Origin: an uncultured Bacilli bacterium
GTDB taxonomy: Bacteria; Bacillota_I; Bacilli_A; RF39; UBA660
Direction of reading: 5' to 3'
DNA length: 64,000 nt
Assembly: GCA_934167665.1 (NCBI GenBank)
Contig: CAKPLN010000002.1
Location: 232,107-296,106, forward strand
The translations under genes and the position numbers were made by a program. The notes beneath the pieces were generated by a model. The model was given only the letters and a program-made list of their open reading frames with translations. It had not been told where the DNA came from and searched no databases. This document shows, in pieces, positions 1 to 10,925 of this stretch (position 1 is the stretch's first letter; the number at the start of each line of letters is the position of its first letter).

Positions 1-1
1 A

Positions 2-247
2 TTAGTTAATATAAACGATTATACTAGAATTTTAAGAATAGCAAAAGATTTTGTGGCTAGAAGATGGTATATGAATGCAAAAAATTACAATTTTCCTATA
101 GGTAGATGTGATTTTTATGGTGTCGTTGATAATAGAAACATTAGTAAAAATGATTGGTACAAAAGTACTATCGGTGTTAATCAAGTAATGAAGGAACTTA
201 TTAATATAGGTCAATTGACTATTGATAATGAACTTAGTATAAAATAA
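2..247 (+). CDS. C-terminal fragment of unknown protein (partial at window edge)
   Basis: The reading frame is open from base 2 through the stop at 247. No recognisable motif. Confidence 0.3.
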   Translation, partial: LVNINDYTRILRIAKDFVARRWYMNAKNYNFPIGRCDFYGVVDNRNISKNDWYKSTIGVNQVMKELINIGQLTIDNELSIK

Positions 248-750
248 ATTTTAATAAAATAAAATTGGCATGTTTGATTAGCGTAATAGTTAAATAAATT
301 TCTTGAAGAGTTGATAAATTATGAATTTAAATGAGTTGGTTATAAAAATGTAAGAAATACTGCTCTCTAAATATTTGATAAATGAATAGAAAATGAGAAA
401 CATAAAATATCAATAATTAGTAAAATAAAACTTGGAGAAGTTTATAAAAATTTTGCATGTATCGAAATAATTACATCAGCAAAATAAAAAATTAGATTAG
501 ATTTAGAAAAAGGTATTTCTAACTTAGAAGATTAGTAGATGTTGTTAATATTCTAGCTAGTGTCATTCAAAAAGTAATAATTAAATGTTCTGATTTTAAT
601 GAAATAAGAGATATATTATCAAATGGCACACCATTTTATTGTGATGAAAGTAAAGATAAATTTAAAGTAAATATATGTAAAATTTAAAGAAAATATATTA
701 ATCATTTAATTAGTAAAATAAATTTTGGTATAATTAAAGTGAGGTGTATA

Positions 751-1209
751 ATGTTTAAAAAATACTTAAACCAAGATATAGATAATCCTACTTATTTATT
801 TCACGGTAGCCCTAAAATGTTATCAGTATTAGAACCTAATAAATCATATGACATAACAGGTAACCAACAAAATATAGCAAATGCAATATTTTTATTCCCA
901 TCATTTTTAAAAGCTACACCATACGCTTTCAAAGATACGATTAAAGCGAACAGCGAAGGATTAAAATGGAATTTTAAAATACCAAATTCTAATACATTCC
1001 CGTTAATGATTATGGAAAATGTAAATATTGATGAAAATATAGTTGGATATATTTATGTATTATTGAAAGATGAAGATATGATAAAAGATAATGACTCATA
1101 TCAATACAAGTGTTTTAAAGAAAAACAACCTATTGATATAATAAAGGTAACATATAAAGATTTTAAAGAATATTATGAAATAGCAAATAAAACAAAAATT
1201 AAAAAATAA
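751..1209 (+). CDS. hypothetical protein
   Basis: ATG at 751 is preceded by GTGAGGTG (RBS-like). 152-aa ORF with no recognised motif. Confidence 0.45.
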   Translation: MFKKYLNQDIDNPTYLFHGSPKMLSVLEPNKSYDITGNQQNIANAIFLFPSFLKATPYAFKDTIKANSEGLKWNFKIPNSNTFPLMIMENVNIDENIVGYIYVLLKDEDMIKDNDSYQYKCFKEKQPIDIIKVTYKDFKEYYEIANKTKIKK

Positions 1210-1581
1210 AACAAAATATGTTAAACAATCAATGGATATAATAATGATAAATGATAGGAGTAATAATTTATGAAATAAAAAAAGTGATAAATGTAATAAA
1301 AAACTTAAATCATATTTAGCAAAAATTGCTGTGTTAGAATATGTTTTTGATAATAACTTAACTAATGATAATAAATTTAAGAAAATAAATTAAAAAAGTA
1401 TCCACTGATTTTTAGTGGACATTTTCTTATTTAACAATTATTATTTTAATTTGAAATATGCTATTTTAGAGCCCTAATGATAAAGTTATATTTAACTTAT
1501 CAATATGGAATTTTCTTGCTTAAACTGTGTACCAATAGTAATATTGGTATTTATTTTATAATCAAAACTTATTATATCTAA

Positions 1582-2328
<747 letters not shown>

Positions 2329-2389
2329 TACTAATTATTGGAAATGTGGTATAATAATTATATTAAATTCTTTTAAACGAGGTGCAATT

Positions 2390-2944
2390 TTGATAATAAA
2401 AAATAAATTAGAAAGCATTGATAAAATAAATAAATTAGGATTAAATAAATTTCCAGAACAATTGTTTAAAAATAATAATGAAGAAGATGTAAAGAGATTT
2501 CTTCAAAAATATCCTGCTGATTATTATGCAATAAGAGACAAATCTAGAGCAGGGGGAATTTTTAAATTAAAAGTTGGCTATGATAAAGTTTTAGATGAAA
2601 TTAAAGATTATAACTTATTTACTATCAATGTAAGTTCTGCAAATTATGTGGATAATCAATTATTAGTGGGAGAAATTGAATTTTTATCAAATGGTGAGGT
2701 ATATGCTATATTATCAGTTGATCCAACTGCTTCAGTTAGGGATGCATTGTCAAATCCATCATATAATTTAAAAACAGATATATTTGACAAAAAACTAAAC
2801 AATATACCACATTTTGATTTAATTTATCAATATATTGTTGAACATGATTTGCAAGATATAATCGTTGAATTTGCATTATTTGATAAAGAAGTTGGAATCA
2901 AAAAAGAAAAAGTAATTGTTTATGAATTAAGAACACATTATTAA
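2390..2944 (+). CDS. hypothetical protein
   Basis: ORF 2312-2944. The likely start is TTG at 2390, after GAGGTG and a TATAAT at 2350-2355. No confident family assignment. Confidence 0.4.
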   Translation: MIIKNKLESIDKINKLGLNKFPEQLFKNNNEEDVKRFLQKYPADYYAIRDKSRAGGIFKLKVGYDKVLDEIKDYNLFTINVSSANYVDNQLLVGEIEFLSNGEVYAILSVDPTASVRDALSNPSYNLKTDIFDKKLNNIPHFDLIYQYIVEHDLQDIIVEFALFDKEVGIKKEKVIVYELRTHY

Positions 2945-2960
2945 AAAGAAGATGTATTTA

Positions 2961-3544
2961 ATGAAAATAGCTTTTTTAGGTGCATATGGAACAGGAAAAA
3001 CAACATTGGTTGAGTTAATGTATAAAGATTTAAAGTTAAAACCGGTTTATAATAATGCAAGGAATGTAATGTCAGGATTAGGTATAACTGATTGACTGAT
3101 GTTGAACCTACCAAAAGAGCATTATTATGTGAATCAATACTTTTAACAAGATTAACAAAACAACTTGAATTATTTGATGAAGGATTTATATCAGATAGAA
3201 GTTTAATTGATGAACTTATGTATTGGGAATTAGATAATAAAAATAATTTTCCATATTTAACTTCAATATTGAATAATTTTGTTGACTCTTTTCTTAATAA
3301 TTTTAAGTATGATTTAATTGTGTGTATTCCTGTTGAATTTGAATTATCTGAAAGTGAAAAAAATGCTGATAAGTTAAGATGGGTTGATGAACATAGATAT
3401 TTAGAAAACGAATATGTAAATAATTTTTTTAATAAAGAAAAAGAAGAATTACGCTATTGTAATAAAATTATAATGGTTACTGGTTCTGTAGAAGAAAGAA
3501 TAGCCCAAATAAATAAAGTCATAGATGATCTTACAAATATTTAA
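2961..3544 (+). pseudogene. P-loop ATPase/kinase (AAA_28, NadR-like), frameshifted
   Basis: ATG at 2961 gives MKIAFLGAYGTGKTTL (Walker A) and runs into TGA at 3093-3095. The protein continues in another frame from 3092 (ISDRSLID motif). ACTGAT occurs twice, 2 nt apart, at 3087-3100. Confidence 0.65.
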
Positions 3545-3870
3545 GAATATATTGCTCATATTATTGTAATTTGTTTAATTTATATAGATTGATTTATATG
3601 AATCGTTATTGCCGAAAAAAAGTTGTAGACCTCTACGTCGTCGGCACCAAATTGATAATTACTCAGTATTTTTGAGTTTAAATAGAGTACTAACTAAAAA
3701 TAGTTAGTTTTTTTGTTGCTTAAGAAAGATAAGCATTTTATATGAAATTTTGATTTGTATTATATAACAAATAATATATTACAAGAGATTATTTATACTC
3801 TAAAAATTAATGCAAATAAAAAAGCCCATAGCGGCTTTCCTGCTTAAAATATTTGGTTTATTTTTATTTA

Positions 3871-4197
3871 TTATAAATTGGCAATTATTGTTGGAAGAAT
3901 ATCTGAATCATTTTCTCTTTCAGAAAAATGTGATAGTAAAGCTATTTCCTTTTCAAGTTTTTTGATTTCGGTTTTTAAATTTTTTAGTTTTTCATTATCA
4001 AGATCAATAATTTTATTAACTTCATTTTCTATAGTCTCTGCAGATGACTTTTCGTCTAAATTTTTAAGTAGCTTGGAATACGAATTAGAACTTTCAGTTC
4101 TACCTTTCTTTTCACATCTTTCCATTTCTTCCTTAATTGCATTATAATCTAAATTAGCAATTTCAGGTTTTAGTCCATTAAATTTAATAATTTTCAT
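3871..4197 (-). CDS. hypothetical coiled-coil protein
   Basis: 108-aa charged helical ORF. A hairpin AAAGCC/GGCTTT lies just downstream at about 3822-3838. The overlapping + strand ORF is low-complexity. Confidence 0.4.
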   Translation of the reverse strand: MKIIKFNGLKPEIANLDYNAIKEEMERCEKKGRTESSNSYSKLLKNLDEKSSAETIENEVNKIIDLDNEKLKNLKTEIKKLEKEIALLSHFSERENDSDILPTIIANL

Positions 4198-4445
4198 TTT
4201 TTAGTCTCCTATATTATTCATTTTATCATAAACTTTAAAGATTTTATCAGGAATGTAGTATAATTTAACATAACTACTTGTAAATTGTTGTTATCTATCA
4301 AAAAGATTGAGATAATAATATAAAATTTGCTATCAAATTAAATTGGAATAGATACTTAGTAAATTTTAAAGAATATTTTTACTGAAAATAATTATTTGAA
4401 ATGGGAAAAAAAGTTTAGTATAAAATAATATGGAGTGTGATTTTG

Positions 4446-5069
4446 ATGACTACTATTTATTTAATAAGGCATTCAAAAACATTGAAAGTTAATAATACTT
4501 TAAATAATGATAATTTGCAGATTCAAAATGAAAAGTATTGTCTTTCAATAGAGGGAGAGCAAATAGCAAAGGAAAAATTTAATAATGAGGAATTTGAAAG
4601 TATTGATGTATTATATTCATCTAATTATGTGAGGACAATTCAAACGGCAAAGTATTTGGCAAGGAAAAATAATTTGGAAATAAACGTTTTGGACGATTTA
4701 GGGGAAAGAAAATTTGGTATTGACTCTTGGGATGAACTTCCAGAGGACTTTGAAAGAAGACAATTTTTGGATGAAAATTATAAGATTGGCAACGGTGAAA
4801 GTCAAAAAGAAGTTAGAGATAGAATGTATTTTAATATACTAAAAATATTAAATAGTAATCAAAATAAAAGAATTGCTATTGTAAGTCATGGTACCGCTAT
4901 TTCATATTTGTTAAAAAAATGGTGTGATGTAGAAATTGTTGACGATAAATTAGGATATAGTTTTCATAATAACCTATTATTAGATGGTTACTTTGATTAT
5001 TGTGAAACTTTTAAACTAGAATTTGATAAAAACAATGAGTTAATATCAATACATAATATCAAATTATAG
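4446..5069 (+). CDS. histidine phosphatase family protein (phosphoglycerate mutase-like)
   Basis: IYLIRHS (RHG-type motif) and VSHGTAISYL. ATG at 4446 follows GGAGTG. Confidence 0.7.
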   Translation: MTTIYLIRHSKTLKVNNTLNNDNLQIQNEKYCLSIEGEQIAKEKFNNEEFESIDVLYSSNYVRTIQTAKYLARKNNLEINVLDDLGERKFGIDSWDELPEDFERRQFLDENYKIGNGESQKEVRDRMYFNILKILNSNQNKRIAIVSHGTAISYLLKKWCDVEIVDDKLGYSFHNNLLLDGYFDYCETFKLEFDKNNELISIHNIKL

Positions 5070-5432
5070 AGAGTATAAATAATAAAAAATCATAGAAATG
5101 TTAGTATCTATGATTAAAATAATTAAAGATAAATTGTATAAATAGACTAATTGTTATTAAAATAAAACTATTGTTAAGTTATTAGAATAGTCTTTCTCTA
5201 TCTAAATAATTTTTAAATTTATAGATTGTTAATATACGCATTAACATTGTGCACTCCATAACTTTTGTAATTTGTATTATCTGTTATATATTTCGTGCAA
5301 TGCTTTGTCAAATTTCTTAGTTAGGACTAGAATTTAATTAATTCAAAAATTAAATATCTTTTAAAACTATGATATACTTCTTTTAGTGGCTAGTTAGTAC
5401 ACTGACTTTATTAGTAAAGGAAAATAATTAAG

Positions 5433-5939
5433 ATGAAGAAGTATATTGATTGTGATGGTGTAATACTTGATACTGAAAATGGTTTATTTGATGAATATTG
5501 TAGACTTAAGAAAGCTAATCCTGGATTAAAAAGAAAAATGTATTTATTAGAGATGGATTGGAATTATTGGCTTGAACAAGCTTTGGTATTAAATGATGCT
5601 ATTAATATTTTAAAAAGTTATGATCCTAACGATACCGATATTCTTACAAAAGTTCATTCACTTAAAGAAGCTATTGCTAAAATTGAATATTTTAGAAGGC
5701 ATGGTGTTAAAAACAATGTCATTGTTGTTCCTTCTGAATTTCAAAAAAGCCAAGTAGTTGGGGCTAGGGGAAATATCTTAGTTGATGATAGTGATAGTAA
5801 TCTTACTGATTGGTCAGTTAGTGATGGATTTTCTTTTAATTTTGGTAAAAGAGAAAGTCAATTTCCTAAAGTTGATTCTTTAGATGATGTTTTAAATCCT
5901 GATAAAGCTAAAGTTTTATTGAAAAGATTTAATAAGTAA
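5433..5939 (+). CDS. HAD-superfamily 5'(3')-deoxyribonucleotidase-like protein
   Basis: N-terminal DCDGVILDT (DxDxV HAD motif I) and a late VDDS motif. Size and layout resemble NT5C/YorS-type enzymes. Confidence 0.55.
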   Translation: MKKYIDCDGVILDTENGLFDEYCRLKKANPGLKRKMYLLEMDWNYWLEQALVLNDAINILKSYDPNDTDILTKVHSLKEAIAKIEYFRRHGVKNNVIVVPSEFQKSQVVGARGNILVDDSDSNLTDWSVSDGFSFNFGKRESQFPKVDSLDDVLNPDKAKVLLKRFNK

Positions 5940-5979
5940 GTATATAAAAACTTAGTATTTTTGGTACTAAGTTTTTGTT

Positions 5980-7602
5980 TTAGGCTTTTTTATTATCGTA
6001 TCCAATATTTTCTACTTTTTCTTTTTCAAAATGATAATAATCATAGTCTTCACTTATGAATGGCATATGTGGCTTTTGTTCATACTTATCAATTGAAATT
6101 TTTCTTATTGGGATTTGAAATTCTGCAGCTATATCAATTTCTAATTGAGTAGGGGTTCTTGTTACTAATAGATAGCTTGGTTGCATTACTTGATTAGTTG
6201 TTCCCATATTTATTGTTAATTCATTGTGACTTTGAGTATTTTCGATAAAGCTACTAATAGGTAAAAAGCTGCTTCTGTTTACTTTGCGATGTTTTCTGTA
6301 TCTTATTTCATTTCCATCTGTTCTGCCATCACCTAATGTTGCAGAGGTTATTATTCTTCCTGAGATATCATCATATCCCAGAACGATTCTATTTTCTCCA
6401 CCAAATAGTAGGTTAAGATGGGCTTCATCAACAATAGAACAACTTCTTCTGCCTTTTGTAATTTCACCATTTTGATTTGAACAATAAATGTTTTTGAATT
6501 CTTTAGCATTACTTGAAGATGGAATAGTACTTAGAAGCATAGTTATGTTCTTTTGATTTTCTGTTTGATTTTCTATTTCATAAACTTTAACAGGAATACC
6601 ATTTGACGATAATAAAGTTTTAGGTTCTATGCCATCAGTTATATCTTTATTAATACTTTGACTTACGAGATCTTGAAATATTTTTTGGCATAACGTATAG
6701 CTTTTTGCTATTACTTCATAGTTTATTGGTGTTGCCATTAAGTCTTTAGGATCAAAGCTTTCACTAGTTAGTGAATTGTAAGTTGCGTATAGTATATCGT
6801 ATATGTCTTTTAAATAATTATCTCGTAATGCTTTATCGGCATTAGCAAACTCTATAATAGTTTTAAGATCTAATAGGACATTAGATGGGAGATTATGAAA
6901 AAATAAATCGCAATAAGCATTTTTAACAATTATTGAACTATAGCTTGTATTGTTTTCTATTATATGTTTTAGTTTTTCTTTTCTTTTTTCTATTAAACTG
7001 TCTGGGTCTGGCAAGTTTAATTCTTCAATCATTTCGTAGAAAAATGGGGCATTTACTCTGTTTACTGCAACATCTATGAATCTTTTATAACCTAGTAATG
7101 CTCTCAATGTTTGGTCATTTCTATTTTCATATAAATCCTTTATTAAGTATAATAATTCATCATCTGTTATTTCTGATATTACACTTTTTATAAATGGTAT
7201 TTGATTTCGACTTTTTAGGCTATTAACAATGCTTGAAAACCAGAATGGTCGATTGTCTTTTTCATAAAGTTCTATATATAACTTAGAAAAAAAACTTACT
7301 TCTAGATTATCCGGCATGTCTTTTAATAGTTGATTTCTATCCCTGACATTTTTCAGTACCATAAATTTTAGCATATAGTTTTGAATCTGACTTATTCCAG
7401 AGCTAAAATCTCTGAATAGTTTACTAAAATCAAAATAGGATAATAAGTCATTTTGGCTGTTGATTATTTTATCTGTATTTTCATAGAGTAATTTGCTTAA
7501 GTCTAAATCAAAAAATTCTTCTGTTTCATCGGAATTATATTTTCTGCCTTCATATTTATATTCTGTATACTCTATTGTTCTATATTTATCTTTAGTATTC
7601 AC
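5980..7602 (-). CDS. hypothetical protein (540 aa), no recognisable domain
   Basis: Long uninterrupted ORF with typical local codon usage. No motif recognised. Confidence 0.6.
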   Translation of the reverse strand: MNTKDKYRTIEYTEYKYEGRKYNSDETEEFFDLDLSKLLYENTDKIINSQNDLLSYFDFSKLFRDFSSGISQIQNYMLKFMVLKNVRDRNQLLKDMPDNLEVSFFSKLYIELYEKDNRPFWFSSIVNSLKSRNQIPFIKSVISEITDDELLYLIKDLYENRNDQTLRALLGYKRFIDVAVNRVNAPFFYEMIEELNLPDPDSLIEKRKEKLKHIIENNTSYSSIIVKNAYCDLFFHNLPSNVLLDLKTIIEFANADKALRDNYLKDIYDILYATYNSLTSESFDPKDLMATPINYEVIAKSYTLCQKIFQDLVSQSINKDITDGIEPKTLLSSNGIPVKVYEIENQTENQKNITMLLSTIPSSSNAKEFKNIYCSNQNGEITKGRRSCSIVDEAHLNLLFGGENRIVLGYDDISGRIITSATLGDGRTDGNEIRYRKHRKVNRSSFLPISSFIENTQSHNELTINMGTTNQVMQPSYLLVTRTPTQLEIDIAAEFQIPIRKISIDKYEQKPHMPFISEDYDYYHFEKEKVENIGYDNKKA

Positions 7603-7678
7603 CTTAAATCACCTTAATTTATTTTATCATTTTTTTATATATTATCGATAGTTACGTTGTTATTTTTATTTTATAATT

Positions 7679-8974
7679 TTATCCTATTATTACGGATCTT
7701 TTTCCTGTTGCATTGTATATTGATTCTATTTTGTTTTTGGAAACTGTCCAAGTAGTTCTACCATTATCATGGGTCCATGGATCTGTTAAAATATGTTCAC
7801 CTGTTATACTGTTGTATCCTGTTAATAAGAAAACATGAAGATTTTTTGGTGCACCTTCAGCAAATTCTTTGGGGTTATTTAAAAATGATGTTAAGTATAT
7901 TATAACTGGATTACCAGATTGAACTTGAGCCTCTAATTCATCTAAGGATTTTCCTGTTGAGTCAATAACATTGTTATAGCCAGATGATGTTCTACCAAAC
8001 TCTGCTAGAGCATTTGGAGCTATCCAGTGGGGGACATCGCTTGGTTCAGTGCCGAAAATATCGTGTATAAAACCTAAAGATGGTTCGGTACTTTTAGGAA
8101 CTTTTTCAGCATAAGTTAATAAGTCCATATTTTTTAGATATCCTTTATATTGTAATCCCATTAGTAAAGTAGCAACCTCACATCCATTTAAAACATTATT
8201 TTTATTTTGACTTATATATGGCACGTTTAAAATACTCCAAGCAGCCTGAATTTGCTGCCTTCGTTCTTCTTCCTGTCTTCTTCTTTCTTCCTCACGTTTT
8301 CTTCTTTCTTCTTCTAAACGTTTTCTTTCTAATTCTTCTCTTCTAGAAAGTTCTGCCTCAACTGTATTTAAATAATTTTGTAGTTCAGCAATTATGTCTT
8401 GTTGTTTTAAAGACTGTTGTTTGGATACTGCAGCATTATAAGTATCTCTTGTTACTTCGTCTTTTACTTTTTGATGATTTTCATCCTCAAATAAGTTATT
8501 TATAGTATTTTTTACATCTTCAATTTGATTTAATTCTTCGCTTATCAAATTTATTTTTGGTATTAATAAGTTTTGGTATTTTTCTGTTAATTTAGAGTTT
8601 TCTTTTTTGATGTTTTCTAAATCTAATGATGTGACTGATGACTTTATAGCACTATTTTCAAAGCTATTATCAATACTATTTTTTAATTTAATATATTCTT
8701 TTAATTCTTTTAACTCTGATTCTATTTTTTTCTTTTTATTTGGATATGCTACTTTACTATTCATTTTTTCTACTTTTTCTATATCTTTAATTGTTACATC
8801 ATCTTTGGGGATATTTTTCTTTTCTATAAATAGTTCTTTGTAGGCATAGTAAGTTTTTAAATATTGTTCTTTTTCTAATTTATCGGTCTGATATGAGTAA
8901 ATAGTGCATATTACACCTAATGTTATAAAAACTAAACTTATAAAAATCAATACTACTTTTTTTGTTTTACTCAT
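7679..8974 (-). CDS. membrane-anchored protein with coiled-coil/ER-rich helix and C-terminal peptidase C39-like (YvpB-like) domain
   Basis: N-terminal TM (VVLIFISLVFITLGVICTIY), a REELERKRLEEERRKREEERRRQEEERR tract, then YISQNKNNVLNGCEVATLLM typical of C39_2/YvpB domains. ATG at 8974 has a GGAGAG RBS. Confidence 0.6.
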   Translation of the reverse strand: MSKTKKVVLIFISLVFITLGVICTIYSYQTDKLEKEQYLKTYYAYKELFIEKKNIPKDDVTIKDIEKVEKMNSKVAYPNKKKKIESELKELKEYIKLKNSIDNSFENSAIKSSVTSLDLENIKKENSKLTEKYQNLLIPKINLISEELNQIEDVKNTINNLFEDENHQKVKDEVTRDTYNAAVSKQQSLKQQDIIAELQNYLNTVEAELSRREELERKRLEEERRKREEERRRQEEERRQQIQAAWSILNVPYISQNKNNVLNGCEVATLLMGLQYKGYLKNMDLLTYAEKVPKSTEPSLGFIHDIFGTEPSDVPHWIAPNALAEFGRTSSGYNNVIDSTGKSLDELEAQVQSGNPVIIYLTSFLNNPKEFAEGAPKNLHVFLLTGYNSITGEHILTDPWTHDNGRTTWTVSKNKIESIYNATGKRSVIIG

Positions 8975-9071
8975 ACTTATACTCTCCAATTATAGAATAT
9001 TTGTATAATTAAGTAGTGTCAATATTTTTAGTTTAGTATATTTTATATTTACATTAGTTTACGATTACTTT

Positions 9072-9767
9072 TTAATTTATTTTTTTTAAGATATTTGTCA
9101 TTGCTTCAGCAACTTTTTTACTGCTGTCTTGAAGAAAAGTTTCATATGTTATGGTGTTATTGTTGTTTGGCGTGTCAGATATGCTTCTTATGATTAAAAA
9201 TGGAATATGACTTAAATAACAAATTTGGGCAATAGAGGCACCTTCCATTTCTACACATAAGGCATTAAATTTCTTATTAATTTTTTTACTCATATTAAAT
9301 TCTGTACAGAAAATATCTCCAGATGCTATTACGCCAGAAAATACATTCATCTTTTGCTCATCTTTTAGGACGTTATTAGCTAATTTGTATAAGTATTCAT
9401 CTGAATTTATATAAACACCTATTTCTGGTATATATCCTTTTTCATGATTAAATGCTGTTATATCAAAATCATGTTGAACTAATCTTTCACCTATGACGAT
9501 ATCTCCGACTTTAAGATTAGGAGAAATTCCACCAGCTACGCCAACGTTAAATATATAATCAATTTTAATATGGTCTATTAATATTTGTGTTGCTCTAGCA
9601 GCATTAACTTTCCCGACTCCACATTTTACTAGTATACATCTAGTATTACTAATTATTCCTTCATAAAATTTTAAATCAAATATTTTATACTCTTTTTCTT
9701 GTTTTAAAAATTTAAGTAATTCATTTAATTCTTCTTCAATAGCAAAAATTATTCCAACTGTTTTCAT
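9072..9767 (-). CDS. mtnN: 5'-methylthioadenosine/S-adenosylhomocysteine nucleosidase
   Basis: 231 aa with VGVAGG and VEMEGASIAQ motifs and a typical N-terminal GIIFAIEEE. Confidence 0.9.
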   Translation of the reverse strand: MKTVGIIFAIEEELNELLKFLKQEKEYKIFDLKFYEGIISNTRCILVKCGVGKVNAARATQILIDHIKIDYIFNVGVAGGISPNLKVGDIVIGERLVQHDFDITAFNHEKGYIPEIGVYINSDEYLYKLANNVLKDEQKMNVFSGVIASGDIFCTEFNMSKKINKKFNALCVEMEGASIAQICYLSHIPFLIIRSISDTPNNNNTITYETFLQDSSKKVAEAMTNILKKIN

Positions 9768-9974
9768 ATTTAATCTCCATATAACTAAATTTTTTTTAGT
9801 ATACCATATTTTTTTTTGTATAGACTATTTTATTGTTATTTTTAGTATGATTAAAGTATAAATACTGTTTTTATAATACTTTTTTTATAATTTATTGTAT
9901 TTTAAACTGTAAAATTTTTAATTATGTATAAGATTAATGATATTTGTTAATTATAAAAAAGGAGGGATATTTTT

Positions 9975-10208
9975 ATGAATAATAGTTATACTGAAGTTCC
10001 TACTAATATTGTGACTGGTAAGGACTTGGATTATTTAAGTGATATGTTTGAGTGGAATTATGGAGCATTAAAAAATGTTATTAGTTCTATTGAAAATGTT
10101 GAGAGTGAGGAAATAATTTCTTTACTCGAAGAGGGTAAAAATCTTTTTAAAGAAAATATTACAACAGTGTTAAATCTACTTAATGAGGCTGGTGATAACA
10201 ATGGATAA
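9975..10208 (+). CDS. small hypothetical protein, probably co-transcribed with the Coat F protein
   Basis: Strong RBS AAGGAGGG upstream. Overlaps the next gene's start. Confidence 0.45.
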   Translation: MNNSYTEVPTNIVTGKDLDYLSDMFEWNYGALKNVISSIENVESEEIISLLEEGKNLFKENITTVLNLLNEAGDNNG

Positions 10209-10518
10209 TAAAATTTGTAATGTTAAGGTTGAAGTACCAAGTGGTAAACAATTAAATGATAAAGACTATATTACAGAATTTAATAGTTGTCTTAAAGATA
10301 TGATTAAAAATTATGCTATAAGTATGACGGAAGCAAGTAATCAAAAACTTTTTGAAGCATATAAGGATATATATTTAAAGCTTTCATTTTTACAAAGGAA
10401 AGCTTATACATTAATGTTTAAAAATGGTTGGTATTGCTTAGAAGTCGCAGATGGCTCAAAAATTAATCAAAAATTTAATAATTTATCTAAAGAATACAAT
10501 GACATTTTCACTGATTAG
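10202..10518 (+). CDS. Coat F domain (spore coat protein F-like) protein
   Basis: The pattern LNDKDYI...MTEASNQKLFEAYKDIY...FKNGWY matches the Coat F helical domain as I recall it. The start is either 10202 (ATG) or 10183. Confidence 0.55.
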
Positions 10519-10575
10519 TTAATTTATTAGTATATTATTTCTACTTTTGTCAAATATATAAGTAGGGAGGTATAT

Positions 10576-10791
10576 ATGGAAACATTACAGAAAGTATTAT
10601 TATGTATAACAATTATTGGTGCTGTAAACTGGGGACTAATTGGAATTTTAGATTTTAATTTAGTTGCTACTTTATTCGGTGCTACTAGTTTGTTTACTAG
10701 AATAATTTATACTTTGGTTGGTATATGTGGTATTATTAATATCGGTATATTATTTAACCATATAGAAGATACTAAAAGACCTATGAAATAG
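10576..10791 (+). CDS. DUF378 family membrane protein
   Basis: IGAVNWGLIGILDFNLVATLFG is the DUF378 signature. RBS GGGAGG. A terminator overlaps the 3' end. Confidence 0.75.
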   Translation: METLQKVLLCITIIGAVNWGLIGILDFNLVATLFGATSLFTRIIYTLVGICGIINIGILFNHIEDTKRPMK

Positions 10792-10925
10792 TAAAAATCT
10801 AGGTCTTTTTTTATTGAATAATTTTATTTATTCTTTTTTATTGGTTTTATAATTTTTATTTTGAAGGTGTTTTTATTGATAATTTTTTTTTATGATGATA
10901 TTATATATTATAGAATAGGGGTGGT

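Noticed and set aside
250-740. Possible small genes or an RNA in the 490-nt gap
   Set aside because: Only short, stop-riddled reading frames and no stable structure or motif. Most likely degraded coding sequence.
3093-3095. Possibility that TGA is read as Trp (genetic code 4), which would rescue the ATPase ORF
   Set aside because: The downstream part is in a different frame, so recoding would not join the halves. Trp is encoded by TGG throughout the clear genes. I did not tabulate stop-codon usage across the window.
3620-3650. tRNA-like 3' end (..GTCGTCGGCACCA) that could mark an integration site
   Set aside because: The preceding hairpin GTAGA-CC-TCTAC has a 2-nt loop. There is no T-loop (GTTCRANYC) or acceptor-stem partner, so there is no support for a tRNA fragment.
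3878-4147. 89-aa + strand ORF overlapping the 3871-4197 minus-strand ORF
   Set aside because: Its composition is low-complexity and S/F/L-rich, typical of an antisense shadow of an AT-rich coiled-coil gene. It has no RBS. The minus-strand ORF has a downstream hairpin and is preferred.
9790-9960. Repeated TTTTTATAAT motifs upstream of the Coat F operon as a possible regulatory repeat
   Set aside because: Short AT-only motifs recur by chance at this base composition. There is no convincing spacing or symmetry.
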